64,000 nucleotides of DNA from Octopus sinensis (GCF_006345805.1 NC_042998.1:107942001-108006000), one strand, 5' to 3'. Shown: positions 1 to 14,678, numbered from the stretch's first letter. Translations and numbers: made by a program. Notes: generated by a model from the letters alone, not told the origin.

Positions 1-179
1 GATAATATATTTTCTTTCAGAAAAACTTTGTTATTCTGTTCCTCAAGCTGTGATGATATTTCTGTCAGCTGAGCAGATTGCTCTCTCAGCAGTTGATCAT
101 TCCGCTGTTCTCGAAGCATAGAAGATTTTAGTTCAAATACAAGTTTCTCAAATGTCTCCACTGATATTTGCTTCTGTTG
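1..179 (-). CDS. CCDC171: CCDC171-like exon, runs off the window edge
   Basis: Acceptor atatttag|CAA. Translates QQKQISVETFEKLVFELKSSMLREQRNDQLLREQSAQLTEISSQLE, similar to recalled [27 protein letters not shown]. Confidence 0.83.
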
Positions 180-1681
180 CTAAATATAAACAACAACAAG
201 AAACAAAAATGAAATTCATCAAAATTAAGCTATATTGCAGTGATTTCTATATAACAATAATAAATAAATGCTGAAGGGGTTGCAAGATGCAATAGAAATT
301 TTAGAGAAAATAAATAAGTAAATGAGTGGAAATCGAATTGGTGAGTGTGTTAAGTAATAAAGCACTAAAAGAGAACAACTCTCCCCAGACAATAAAATAA
401 TAAATAACATTCATATAAATAACATTGCATATTAAAAAAAAAATTAATAGTTTATTCATATAAGGGACTTTTCTGAATGGAGAAATCAATGACAAATTAA
501 CTACTCATGTTATTCAAAAACAAAAACCCATATTTCCATTTCTCATTTCCTTTTTAAGATATCTTAAGACTATCATAAAAACCCATGTAATTTGTGCAGG
601 TGGTTTTCAGGATAAAATTTGTTAAAAAAAGCTTCTACTCATGTAAATTCACACCCAAAAGTTTCAGAATTGCTGATATTGCTAGGGAGAGAAGGTTTTG
701 AATTTAGTTGTATTTAGTATGATTTCACTTACTTATGATTAGATTTTATTAAATTTTCAATGAATAAAAATAATTTCTGTATAACAGGTATCACATTGAA
801 AGCAATCAAATTACAAAATATTTGTGTTGTTTATAATAAACTTTATTTTACATTTCTTGCCCACAGGAGATTACGTCCAATCTTTAGGATGCTGTTGTGG
901 GTCTTCTCAAATCATGATCATACGAAAAGTTGTTGATAAGAATTATCAACAAAAACAAAGCTGATAAATACGTACAGGTGTTGCAAATTAAGTTTAATTA
1001 CCATATTTATGTTTAACCTGTTTATCATTAAGTAAATAATATATATACTCTATACACAACAAAATGTGAATCAAATACTTAAATAAATTTAAATATTAAA
1101 GCCATTAATTGTGAGTAAACAACTACATAAAAATGTAAACATTCATATGTTGTGCATAAATTGTCTGTTGTTTACTTAGAGTCATTTAAAGCACAAATAT
1201 GTAAACTAGGATGGTCATAATTGAAAACAGATTTGCTTAATCATTGAAGTTAAAGAGACACCACAACTACACAGCACTAAGCATATTCAAGAGCATCTAT
1301 GACATATTAATAAAGAAAATTAAAAACAACTAGCAAAACATGGAAGGAAGTTAGAGTAAGTTATACAAGAACTTTTAGAAACTGCTTGACTTTTGCCATG
1401 CATGCTCAAATTACAGACTAGCCTCACCTGTAAGCTTGCTTATAGAGAACAAGCAAAATCAATATCAAATAATTCAGCAGAATCATTCATCCCAAGGTCT
1501 GTGTATTTGAATTTGGTACATAAAGCACATGTATAAAATGGTGTAAAGCATGGAAAATTCCATATCACCCGAAATGAATAAATTAGCAGGCAATAATTAG
1601 TACAGTTAAGTTAAAGATACATTGTAGTTGGTAATTTAACTTGATATACAATTGAAATGAAAAAAGATATCTTAAGAGTAC

Positions 1682-1864
1682 CCTTTCATGCAGTTGCTTT
1701 AGCTGTTCTTGTAGATGGAAAATAGTTGATTTATCAAGTTCAAACTGTTCTTTTTCTTGTGCAGATATATCTTGCTTCTGCTTCAACTGTTGTAATTGTG
1801 TTGTCATTTTGTGAACATGTCTATTTAAATCAGAAGTGTAGTTTTGTAGAGATTGTATCATATC
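1682..1864 (-). CDS. CCDC171: CCDC171-like exon (phase 0/0)
   Basis: Acceptor tttctttcaag|GAT and donor AGG|gtactc. 183 nt coiled-coil DMIQSLQNYTSDLNRHVHKM...LQEQLKQLHER. Confidence 0.8.
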
Positions 1865-1935
1865 CTTGAAAGAAACAAAGAAACAAATACTGAGATGTAT
1901 ATTACGTTACACAACCATTATATAAATATAATTAA

Positions 1936-3097
1936 CCAGGACTGGAGAAAAAAAAAATTCAGGTGTAGAAGCAAGGCCCGGAATAAAATCTTAGTAAGTA
2001 GGAAAGCAGACAAATCACAAATTCCTTTAAGTAGATGGCCCTGCTTGATATGTAGAAAAGACAGGTGGAAATTCCATAAGGTGACCCAGTGCAAGCTATG
2101 GACATGTAAGAAGTGCAACAGAATCAGTGGAAGGTTAACAGAGAAAATAGTATTTGTATGTGGTAGATGTACATGTGCAATAAACACTAGAAATGTACAG
2201 AAAATAGACTCCATCAATTGTCAGGGAGGGATACCTAAAAGTAGTTGATAGTTTTCACTATATAGGTGACCAAGTTAGCAGCAGAGGTGGATGTTCCGAG
2301 AGTGTAGCTGCTAGAATAAGAATAGGCTGGGAAAAGCTCAGAGAGCTTATATCTTAGTTGGTAACAAAAGGGAATCTCTCTTAGAGTGAAAGGTAGATTG
2401 TATGATGTTTATGTGTGAACAGCCATGCTTCACAGCAGTGAAACATGGGTTGTGACAGTAGAGGACACGCTAAGGCTTGAAAGAAATGAAGCTACAAGGC
2501 TTCGCTTGATGTGCAATATCAGTGTGTATGTACGACAGACTGAGAGTCTTGAGAGAAAAATTGAGCATAAGAGACATCAAATATGGTGTGCAAGAGAAAG
2601 GGCTGTGCCAGTATGGTCAAGTGATGCATGCAGATGAGGACAGCTGTGTAAAGAAGCGCTGATCTCTAACTGTGGAGGGAACCTGTGGAAGACATGGGAC
2701 AGAGAAGTGAAGCATGATCTTCAAATGTTGGGTCTCATGGACGCAGTAACAAGTGATCAAGACCTTTTGTGATTTTCTGTGCTTGAGATGACTCGTCAAG
2801 CCAAGTGTGGCTGGTGTTGGTGACATGTAAAAGCACCTGTGCTGATGACATGTGGAAACCAGAGTGCAGGTGACATGTAAAAGCACCCGTGCTGGTGACA
2901 CATAAAAGGTACCTACTGCACTCTTGGAGTGGTTGACATTAAGAAGGGCATCCAGCCAGAGACACTAAACCAAAATCAGGCTGGAACCTGATACAGATCT
3001 CTGGTTCAACAGTTCCAGTCAAACCATCTAACCCATGCCAGCATGGAAAGCAGATGCTAAATGATAATGATGATGATGACAATGATGATGATGATGA
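1936..3097 (+). mobile_element. RTE-clade LINE, 5'-truncated decayed 3' end
   Basis: Frameshifted RT C-terminus (WPCLICRK..., MLHSSETWVVT...), 3' UTR with short GGTGACATGTAAAAGCACC repeats and a (GAT)n tail. Homologous to 18687-20632. Confidence 0.85.
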
Positions 3098-4558
3098 ATC
3101 ATAAAAAAATTGGGACAATCACAGGGATTGTATCACTCTATTTATATCATAATCTCCATTCACCTAACTTATGATTCATATAACCCATAGAAGAGCAAAC
3201 AATAGCAAAACATGATAATAAAATTACCACATACACAGATACAAATAAATAAATAAGAAACATCTATATGATAGGAGATCTTATTCGAAAGAATCAAATT
3301 CTTCTCAGATTGCACCTACAATCTTAAAAAAGGATACATTAGATGATATAGTCCAAGACAAACCATGCCAGCATCGAAAGCAGACCTTAAATGATGATAA
3401 TGATGTTGATGATGATGATGACACATTATGCTTAAATCAAAAACATGAAAAAAAAAAGATGAGATGGTCATGACAGGAATGCTGTTGATCAACATTATTG
3501 GGGGAGGCTGATCTGGAGTAAAACTAAACTACAAAAGCAATAATCAACTACCATAGCTTTCTACTTAGAACAATAACACAAAGGAAATGTTTGTCATCTA
3601 CCATTTTCTAAAGCATCATATAACATTTTCAGATTCAATATAAAAGGTAGTCAATTTAGAAACTAACCAAAAACTATAAATAATCTCACCAGCTATACAC
3701 CTACACTCTCAATGTGCTTGCCTACTGTCCATTACAGTCTTTAATGCAACATATACCTTATCCAGCATCTATTTTTATTATCCTACTCCTTACTGACAAT
3801 AAAGAATAACCTTTCTAAAGAGTAGATGAATGGCTCAATGTTAGAGAAGCATACAACAGACTATAACTGATAAGCTGTTGCAGGCTTTATAGTTTCATTC
3901 TGGTAATGCTATAGAAGACTTTTTCATTACTCAACGCTTTAGGATATGCTAACTAGGCAAAAAAGTGGTAAAAACAAGATAAAAGGTAATTCAGTATCAG
4001 GTTAATGAACTCAGTAACAACCAAGAATTTAAATGATCATTCCTTTGATGTAACTCATTTGGGTTAAACAATGACAACAGCAGTAGTAATAATGGCAAAA
4101 ACAATTTAATATCAACAATAACCTTTCCATAATTGGTTGGTTATTCCATAAATAAACATCTGATTAAGCTATTCCAGTCCTATAGGAACTAGAACAAACA
4201 ACCAACTGATTTAGTTAAAGCAATACATTACATAAATACATGCATACATTATTGCTTTATTCTCTTACTGGCTTCAATGAATAGACTGTGGCTAAGCTGG
4301 AGCATTATTTTCTAAGGTATAAATTATAGGATTACATCACTCATATTGCTTAGTTTGTCAACTGGTATTTATTTTGATGACTTCAGAAGGGTGAAAAGCA
4401 AAATGGACCTAGGTAAGATTCAAACTCAAAAGCTAGAGAGATGTGGGTTGATAATAAATATTACCAAATATTTTGTTTGATGTTCTGCTAATTCTGCTAG
4501 CCATGCACTATAACATAGGAAAATAGAAATGCATTTTGCTATTAGATTATATACTTAC

Positions 4559-4776
4559 TTTCTGGTACAGTAGAGTATTAGTGGTAGCTTGTGGTCTAAT
4601 TCTTAGCTGTGTCTGCAAGCCACAAGCTAGTCTAGAGATTAGAGAGTCTCTACTTGTTAAGCCACTTGATGGGATCATATAATTGGTATTCTGAAAATTC
4701 CGTACAAGAATATTGGCAATTTGGTTCAAGGTCCCACGAGCACAAACAAGGAATGATTTGGTATCTAATTGAGATA
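4559..4776 (-). CDS. CCDC171: CCDC171-like exon (phase 1/0)
   Basis: Acceptor ttctattccag|TA and donor AAA|gtaagt. Contains SLISRLACGLQ, similar to recalled LVQRLAHGL. Confidence 0.83.
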
Positions 4777-7512
4777 CTGGAATAGAAAACAAAAACAAAA
4801 AAAAAAGTAAAACAAGAAAATCTTTTATATAGTTGTCTTTACAGAGATATAGTGTCTTCTTGCCTCAGATACCAAACACTAGATAAGTACATAGTGATGA
4901 GCTCTTATGCTACCTATGTCAGTCTACCAGGACAAGACATTCTTAAACATCAACTTCAAGGTAACCTCTTACAGTAAGATCAGTATTAAGAAGGACAAAC
5001 AGATGTAAAGTTTGTTTAGAACAACATACCTGTGTACAGTTAGTTAAGGACAGTAAATGACAGAATCAGTAGAGCCTTAGACGTAATGTGTTCTGATATT
5101 TATTCTGAGACCCAAGAAGACATAGAATGATGTATTGAAGTCTCATCTCAAGATGCTGAGCCATACAGAGATGACAAAGGACTGAGATGATTTGCATTTT
5201 GCTGTGCTCAAGAAAACCCATCCATTAGAGCCAAAAGATAGTATCTGTAAACCACTCTATTATGCCTTTATATGTGGGGCACTGCCCTTACCTTCTTTCG
5301 CTCTGACATGTCAAGCATTTCCCCACAATTCACATCTCCTAACATCCACCACTCCCTCTTTTGTGGTACTACTTGGCTGTTGTAATCATCCATGAGCAGA
5401 ACTGGCACATATGACATCTCCTCCCTTCTGGTTACTTCTTCCACCTCCTCTGTCCCTCCTGGAACCACCTCCATTCACCATTATCATCCCTACCTACCCT
5501 CTTTCTACCAATCACACCTTTGCTATGCCTTCAGCCACTAGTGTCAGTAGCATGAAAAAAAAAAAAAGTACCCAGTACACCCTGTAAAGTGGATGGTGCT
5601 AGGAAGGACATTCAGCCATAGAAACTGTACCAAAGCTGACACTAGAACTCAACATGGCCTTGCATTTTGTCAGACTCTGACAAACCATCCAACACATGCC
5701 AATATGGAAAATGATAATGATGATGATCCCTTTATATTTATATGTTAAATTCTGCTGTGAGATGACAACCTTTCATCTCACAATTTTTGATAAAATAATG
5801 ACTGGTAATACACCACCATTTAATTCAACTGATTATTTTTCCATCCTATAAATTTGTAAGAAACCAGTATTTTCTTGTGATACCCACAAGCCACATCTAT
5901 ACTATAATAGAGAAAGCTGCTTATTAGTTAGGTATGTAACAATTACTAAAAGTACTAAAAGAAAGCAATTATTAAAGGATTGACCATCTGGAAATATTTT
6001 TATAATTTCATGTTCTAAGAAATTTCCTATAAGTTTGATTTCTCAAGTTTATTGAATTTTTTAAAACTCCAATTTCTTGCAAATTTAAATATTCACTGTG
6101 TCCAATTCACCACAAATTTAAATATTCACCACATTCACTGCAGAGTATTCCATTTTCATTTGCAAAGTCTCTCACTTTCTCTTTTAAGTTTAATTCACTA
6201 TTAATGTATATCTAATGTAAAAATATTATTTATTGAATGAAAAATTTTAAAAATACCTGTATAATTTTTAACACGGAATAGCTGTGAGAAGAGCCTAGAA
6301 AGTTGGGTAATTACTATTTGAAGATGAGGAGAAAAAGAAAAAGTTACCAACAAGTACTCAAAACTTGCATCTTATTCACAGTTTCCAAACAACTTGAACA
6401 GGGACACTGCACACACCAATACACACTCATGCACACACATAAAATACACATACACACAAATGAAACACAATGAATAAATGAATGTGTGTGTGTGTGCATG
6501 TGCTATTCACTGACAAAGCTTTGTGCTGCATCACTTTTGTGAAGTTTTGTCAGTGAACAAGTTGCGGTTTCTAAGTGACAAAAATATTTCGACACAAATG
6601 AAGTTTTAATGTTGAAGTGAAACTAATGGTATTTGTGTGTTCTTGAATGGTTTACAAACAGCTCCCACACTGCAATTGTTTTTGTTTCAGCACATGATCT
6701 CAGATCAAGTCACTTGCTATGCAAGTACATCTCTGTAATTTTTTAAATCACTGTGGACAAATGCCAGTAATGACCTTCTCAGACTCTCCAATATTTTAAT
6801 TTCTTAACAGAAACAATCGGGGGGGGGGGAATATTGAAAAACATCAATACATGCAAGAATGATAAAGAAACGAGGAGGATTGTCTTTGGATGTGCTAGAA
6901 ACAACAGCCAAAATGCCCTTAAATCACTTTTCCCTCTGATATTTATTCACAATTAACAAAAAATTTTTACTGAAAATGCTCTTCCCATAGTTTTGAAGGG
7001 CAAACAAAAAAAAAGGCCAAAGTAGGTACAGAATGTGATGATGAGGGAGGGGGTGTAAAAAAAAGAGTTTTCAAAACCTTTTTCATACAAAGATCCCCCC
7101 CACTAACCCCATCATTTCGAAGGCTGTGGTTTAAAAATTGGAGAAAATCCCTGAAAAAATTTCCCCCACAAATTTCTTTATAATCATAATCTATGCTGTT
7201 TGAAAGGGATTTGTATAAATTTTCATTAAAAGATACCCATCTTCCTGAAAGTTATGAGGGAAAAAATTCAGATTGTGTGAATTTTCTGAAACTCCTCTCT
7301 CCACCCCCTCACAAAAATTCTTCCCCATAAATTCCTATATACTCTGAAGCCACAACATCTAAGTAGTATTTGTAAAAAATTTTGTTAAAAAGTATCCATT
7401 TTTTTGGATGTTATGAGGCAACAAAGTCAGGAGTGTATACATCTGTAGTAATGCCCTTTTATTTTATACGATATTTTTATTTCATGTTTGTTACATTCAT
7501 TGTTTGCAAAGT

Positions 7513-7546
<34 letters not shown>

Positions 7547-7970
7547 ATACTGCAAAGCTTACAAATGGGCTGCTGAATTGAAATCTCTATGTTGCTTTTA
7601 GGGGAAGGTAAAACTTGACAAACTGCTTCTCTCTCTGTTGTTGGACTACCGTGATGTTTGTTAAAAAAAAAAGAGAGATTATGACTGTGATAAAAGAATG
7701 AAAGCAATATTTACTAAGCAAGTGAGCACTATTATACAAAGAAATAATTGGACGTAAAATATAAAAATTATAAGAAATGGGAATCAAATGTGAAAATATT
7801 ATGAAGAGGCTAGCAGAAAACTGCCCGGAATGTGGTCTTTCTGCTAGTATGTATAATTTAGTATGCTATGTTTAGCTAGTATTCATATAAAAGTTAAAGA
7901 AATATATTTAGTTGCTAGTTCTTTAACTGAAGCTTTAAACAATTCAAATAAATAAAAACTGAAGTGTTAC

Positions 7971-8108
7971 CATCATTTTTTGTAGCATTTGAGACAAATT
8001 TTTGGAGTTCAGTGACAGACATCCTGAGAGATTCATTCAAATTTTGACTGCTTAATAACTGAAGCAAGCCTTTAGATTTGCCTTCATCTGAATTCTTTGA
8101 AAGACAAT
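7971..8108 (-). CDS. CCDC171: CCDC171-like exon (phase 1/1)
   Basis: Acceptor ttgaaag|AT and donor GATG|gtaaca. Translates DCLSKNSDEGKSKGLLQLLSSQNLNESLRMSVTELQKFVSNATKND. Phases fit both neighbours. Confidence 0.8.
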
Positions 8109-9638
8109 CTTTCAAAATAAAAAGAAAGTAATATATTAGTTTCATTTATAATTATTTTTAGGAGATTATTTACTTGGACTAGCAAATAACCATGAATGTG
8201 TTATCTGCCAGTTTCAATTCTTGATCATGGTGTCATTAACCTTGGAATATAGATTTGAAGTTTGAAACAATGTGTGTGTGTGAGAGAGAGAGGGGGGGGC
8301 GGTTAATCATAAGAAAGAGCCAGAGAGATGAAAATATTTAAGAGAGTGGAATCTGAGCTATGACAATGCTTACTTTTCAAAAGACAACAGAGATTTAAAA
8401 CAAAAAATAGAAATAACATCAGTTAATTGTGAAAACTAAGCTAGACCTGCTTTGATAGGAAAATAAAATAATACAAGATGAAAAAAAATTGATGTAAGCA
8501 GGAAACAAAATAGTAATAATAGTTTTTTCAAAATATTTGTGAGAAGGGAACAGCTGATTATATTAACTCTGGTATTTGACTAGTACTTTATTTTATCAAC
8601 CACAGAAAGATGACAGAAAGTTGGCCATGACAGGATTTGAACTTGAACACAATTTGTCCTTGACGAGTCTCTCACCCTCTCCCCCATCAACTCATCTTAA
8701 CTCCTCCCTCTATCTCTATACCAATTAAACTGGAATTAATACATTACTACAACTTTATTGAAATAAGAAAAAGAAAAAAAAAAGGAAGATGGTGCTATGC
8801 TTAAAAAGTTTGCTTTTCAACTACATGGGTTTGGTTTCAGTTCTCCAGTGCAATAATTAAGCATGAGCATTTTGCAATAATACTGAACTGACTAAAACTT
8901 TGTGAGTAATATTTGGTAGATTAAATATACAAAAGTCTGTCAGAAGGTCTGCTCATCTTCTTGTATTGTAAACTTAATCAATCTCTTATTTTAACATTAC
9001 CACCTAGCTCTTGAGTACCTTTAGCAGATTCCACTTTGTTTCAAGTATTTGGATCAGGTCTCTGAGGATATTTCCCTTTCCTCTCATGAATTTTAGGGCC
9101 CAGTATCTGATTAAACCATAAAAAAAAAACTTATTAAAAAACATATTGGCAGTATCTAAACTCAGAACATTAAATTATAACGCTGATTAAGATTTCTTGT
9201 GATACTCCATGCATTATGGTAATTGCTACTTCAAATCTAAATGAACGGTTTAAATAAGTAAATATCAAGCAAAGTAACACAGATTTCTTGAAGAGTTTCT
9301 TTGAATTAAATCATCTATAAAGAAGATACATCATCATACTTTCTGCTACTGGGAATTGATGACAAAAGATTAGTAGTAGTTGTGAAAACAGCAGTCCTCA
9401 TCACTGACCTCATTTGCATATTTCATACAAACAACACTACTAGTAGTAATCCTTTTATATATTACTCCTATTATTAAAAGAAGACGGTAAACTCAAAGGC
9501 TATAAAAATGTAGAAGACAAAGTTTATCAAATAAAACATGGATTATTGCTTTACTTGCTTCAGGCAATCATCTGTGAACATCAAAGAAAGAAATGTGTAT
9601 GTTCACACTATTGCCATGAGTGCAAAAATAATAATAGC

Positions 9639-9671
<33 letters not shown>

Positions 9672-11008
9672 AAAAGAATTAGAGGGAAAAGAAATTCCCT
9701 ACTAATTACTTGAAATAAATACTGTGAGTTGTTGTTATTTAGCCTGAGGTTAGGCCTATTATCATAGCAGACACATGATCAAATGCATTCATCTTTGACA
9801 GAAGGTGCATTATTCCACATGTCCTACATTTTTTAAAACACAGTAGGGAGTATTTTGAAGGAGATTTGGCAGCTATTTCTAGCAGAATAAGTGATTGTAT
9901 AGAGGCTCCCTTAATTGCTGAAAATAGTCTATTTGAGCCATACAGCGTGACTTTAGAGAAGTTCAATTAATCTAAGTTTGAAGAAATTTTTAGATTATCA
10001 TATATTCTGAGACAGTAGCCTTTCTGTACAAGTCTTTGCTAGATATTGGACAGAAGAGTAATACCTACAAAGCCAGTGAATTAGCAGAATCATTAGAGCA
10101 CCAGATAGAATGCCCTGTGGTATTCCTTTTAACTTTCTACACTCTGAATTTGAATCCCACTGAGATGGGACAGCCTGGAACCCTTTCTTATATAACACAC
10201 TTCATCATCCTTACTATTCTGTCCTTCCCTTTTTCACTAACAACTGACACTAATCCCTTTCCCTGTTTCTTTCCATTCTCTCTCTGCCAAAAGTGTCTAT
10301 TCTGTTACTCACTCCACTATCACTCCGGCCACTCTTCTCATTATACTTAATTATACTCTTCTCATTACCTTCCCTAAAATCATAATACACCCTCTCCCTT
10401 CTATTCCCCTCCATTTATCAGAGGCTTTTTATGCCCTTTAGTCTTTCAAGTTGCAAAGCAACCTCACTAGTGGAGGTACTATGAAAAAAAGCACCCAGTA
10501 CACTCAGTAAAGTGGTTGGCATTATGGAGGGTATCCAGCTGCAGAAACCATGTCAAAATGGATGCTGATGTTGAAAAGATTGCAGAGCAACGTGAAATGA
10601 AGTGTTTTGCTCAAGAATGCAGTGCACTGCACTGCTCAGTCTGGGAATTGAACCCATGATCTAACAGTTGTGAGTGCAACACCTAACCATTGAGGTATGA
10701 GTTTTTATAGGCACATGACCAAATAAAAAATTTTAATATATGCCTAACAAGCGTAAAATCTAATTCATAATATAGTTCTGCACTATTAATTTACAGTATT
10801 AATTTATTTAACAATATAAATAAAGTTAAAATTTTTTCTTTATTGAAAATCCTAGTTCAATAAGACATTCATTACTCATGTTTGGAATGTAAGCAATGTC
10901 AATTTGATGGGGGGAATGAGGTAATATGCAGCACATTATATTATTTCGAGTTGAATATGTTCTTTTTTTTAAAGACAACAATGATATAAAATTTTTGAAA
11001 AACTTTAC

Positions 11009-11528
11009 CTGAAAAGGAATCCAGAAAGTTTTGATCAATGTTTGCTTGAACCCTCAGAGAAACAGGCCCTAAGGCTATGTCAAAAGCTGAAAGTAGTGGT
11101 TTGTTGGTCCTCGACAGAAAAATTAGACGGTTAGCAGCCAAAATAACAATAACATAGCAACGCAACCTCAGTATAGGAGATTTTTTATAGCTGAATTTGT
11201 TGTGAGGTTTGTCCTTGCTATCTTCTTCAAATTTCAACAACTGACAGCTAAAACTCTGAATTAAAAGGCGTAGATGAGAAAATGTTGTCTCACTTCTTTT
11301 GATGGATTCTTTTAAAATATAACATTGCATAATTAAATCAAGAATTTGTGTATATAATGGAGTGAGAAGACCACAAAGTAGACAACAGACTATTTGTAGC
11401 TGAGCATTATGTGTTGTACGTGTATAGAGCAGTTCTTGAACTTTTTTGCACTTAGATTCCAGTTCTTTATGAATGTGGCTAGAACACTTCATTTTATCAA
11501 TGGCCTTTTCTGCTATTGCTTGCTTATC
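11009..11528 (-). CDS. CCDC171: CCDC171-like large exon (520 nt, phase 0/1)
   Basis: Acceptor tatctag|GAT and donor TCAG|gtaaag. Contains PILRLRCYVIVILAANRL, matching the CCDC171 signature recalled as FRKGVIAVLAANRL, plus CCLLCGLLTPLY. Confidence 0.9.
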
Positions 11529-11983
11529 CTAGATAAATACAAAACAATAATGAAATCAGAATATATTTTAAAAAATTTGTATGTTTTAGTCTGAAGAGTG
11601 AAAACAGCAATTGTGACCTTTTACAGGGTTCTAATCATCTTTTATACAATGAACAATTTTGTTATCCAACTTTGGTCACTTTCTGATCAAAGACTGTAGG
11701 AAGATGAAACCATATTTTTGGTCCAGGATATTTTTACGTATTTTTGTTATAAGAATATTCATTTCTTATTTTTGTTTCAGTATCTTTTGATTGTTATGTA
11801 CAATATGTATTGAATATATGCATTATTTATATTTAAATGTATCATCATCATCATCGTTTAACGTTTGTTTTCCATGCTAGAAGGCTCCAATCTGATCTGG
11901 CAATGTTTGTAATATATATATATATATTATGCACCCACATATATACAAGCATACTTTAACTTGTTTAAGCCATTACCTATGTA

Positions 11984-12877
11984 CAAAGTGCATTCAAAAA
12001 GTATTGGACTTAATTTTTTTTCCTGCTAAAGCTAATGCTGCATAAGCAAAATCGTTTGGTGATGCCATCCTTCCTGTGTATGGGCAAAAACGTTTTGCAC
12101 CAGTAGGCCACATAAGTTCCTGGCTGTTACACCTAGAGTACAGATGTGTAGTGTACATGTATTGGATTTTTGTTTTCACCAAATGCATTGAGCAGAAGTA
12201 TTGCATCAAGTTTTGTCAAATGCTTGGTAATACTCAAGCTCAAACCATCCAGAAGATTCAGCAGGCCTTCAGCAATGATGCCATGAGTAAAACTTAGATC
12301 AAGTACAACTGCTTCAAACATGGCCACAACTCAGTGCAGAGTGAGGCATGCTCAGGCAAGCTATTCACAAGCTGAAACAAGGAGCCAATTGAGGTTTAGT
12401 GAAAGATCTTGAAAGACTGTTGTGTAACAATCCAGGAAATTGCTCATGAAGTGAGTATAAGCATGGGATTTTAACAAAGGATTTGTGCAAGTGGAGAGTG
12501 TCAGTGAAATTCACCCCCAGTGTGCTGGTGGAGCAGCTGAAGCAATTCTGTATGGAAATCACTCAGGACATACTGGACTGCGCAAACCATAACCCAGACT
12601 TCATGAAGATCTTCAGCACTGGTGATGAGATATGGTTTATGGTTTCTGCTCAATGCGTTTGGTCATCTTGTGGTGCAAAAATGAAAATCCAACAAGCACA
12701 TATAACATGTCTGTACTCTAGGTGTAACAGCTGAGAACTGACATGGCCTACTGGTGTGAAGATTTTCATGCATGCATAGGAAGGGTGGTGTCACCTCTCA
12801 CCTGCATAGGATTTTGCTGATATGGCATTAGTTTTGGAGGGAAAAAATAAAGTCAGATACTTTTTGAATGCACTTTG
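11984..12877 (+). mobile_element. Internally deleted mariner element with long (~200 bp) TIRs
   Basis: Ends CAAAGTGCATTCAAAAAGTA / TACTTTTTGAATGCACTTTG with TA on the left. N-terminus IEQKYCIKFC and motif TGDEIWF are present; the catalytic C-terminal half is missing. Confidence 0.85.
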
Positions 12878-12949
12878 CATATATGCACCTTTAGAAACTC
12901 ACTGAGTCATGGATACACACCAGAATAGGTATGCCATAATGATGAAATT

Positions 12950-13890
12950 ATAATTTTTACTTCTAGTGAAGTAAAATCAGTATCATGCTGATCTGAAGCA
13001 TCTTGTGGGAGCAGATGCTTCAGGTAATAATGAAATAAGAGCCCCTACATGTGAATCACTCCCAAAATTCAAGGGCTTGAAAGGATCCCACTAAGTTTAA
13101 TCCATCTGATTTGGTATCAAATAAGGAGGCTTGGATGATTATGGGCTTTTTACAAAACCAGCTTATAAACTGTTTTTTTACTTTGCTGTAGAAAAAGACA
13201 GTACAAAGTGTTATATTTCCAAGAATGCATTGCTTTTTTTTTTAGATGATGCACCAAGCCAACCAGTGAACTTAAATGATCACTTAAATAGGGTATTTAT
13301 TATCAGAAAGCTCTGAAACAACCCATAAAAGTAATTAATGAGGAGGATAAACCTACAAGTAGAGACTTCTGGAAAAAGTTCAATGTTATGGATGTAGCAA
13401 ATAAGATAAATGAGTCATGGGGTGATGTGAAAGCCTTAGCTATAGATGATACTTTGAAAAAAGCATGACTAAACTGTATCAGTGACTCTACAAGCTTTCC
13501 ACCAGTAGAAAGTCTACATCAAGTTTAAAGGTATATTGAGATATGAACAAATGATATAGGATATGGAATAGTCATAGAAGAGGATATAACCAAGTTGCTT
13601 GTGTCCTGTATGAAAATTTGTCTAATGAGTAACTGATACTGTTATAACACGAATCAGCTGGAGATGAAGAAGAAAATATGAATGTTCTATCAACTCCACT
13701 TAAATTAACTACAATGAATATGGTTAAAGGTTAGCATTTATGGAGGAAGGTCATTGTTAATAATGTTTCTTAATAGTAAATTTAACATAAAAAATTACAA
13801 GAGTTCATAATGAGCTTGCTTCATATTCGGAGTTGTAATCAGAGATGATGCACCATAAATATCAAACAACTTTGGATAATTTCTTTGCTA
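12950..13890 (+). mobile_element. Decayed pogo/Tigger-like transposase remnant
   Basis: ALLFFLDDAPSQP (cf. LLLLDNAPGHP) and a terminal QTTLDNFF motif; many stops and frameshifts. Confidence 0.6.
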
Positions 13891-14654
13891 CTAAAACAGA
13901 TGATCTACAGAGCAGTAGTGTTTCTCTTCCTCTCAGTAACAACAATAGCCATTGTCATCATCGAATGGTTAATCTGTACCATGTGACTGAGTCTCTTCAT
14001 TCTGATAGGTGCAAATGCTGCCAGTGCCTGAGATGGCTGTTTAGGGCAAGGATTGTATAGAAGAGCTGGGGGGGGATTTATTACAGGGGAGGGATGGCAA
14101 GACCAGGGAAATATGAGTTGCTCTTTACATCTTCAACAGCTGATCTCTGCCTATTGATGTCTGTTATTTTCCATGTGGTTTATCACCACCACCCTATTAT
14201 GGTATGACAGTAATCATGTCTATTCTTTAATGTATTTCTCTTCAAATTTTTTTTATGAATACTTACTGTACTGAGTATCTTCAAAAATTGTTATTGCTAT
14301 GCATAAAAAGTGGTTCTATTACTTTTGTTTTTTTATTTGGTAATGTGAACATAAATATGGAAACATATATGAACATAAACATGGAAAGTAAAACTTTGAA
14401 AGGAAATATTGGTTTCAGATTATCATTCCAAATTTCAAGTCAAAAATGAAGGCAGATGATAATGTAAACTCAGTTGTTCACAGATGCATAAATTCTAAAT
14501 GAGGAAGCAGGAAAATAAAGCTTTTGGGTCTACAATACTAAATTGTTAATTTTGTAATGAAAAATATATTGCTGAAGAATTCAAACTTTTATTTAGTTTC
14601 AAGAAGCTCTTAAGGTTTATAGGTTGAAAACTAAAAAATTTCGTATGTATGTTT

Positions 14655-14678
14655 ATATATATATATATATATATGTAT

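Noticed and set aside
9739-10198. ORFs with GIPQG-like motif
   Set aside because: Probably a very old LINE RT remnant, but too decayed to classify or delimit.
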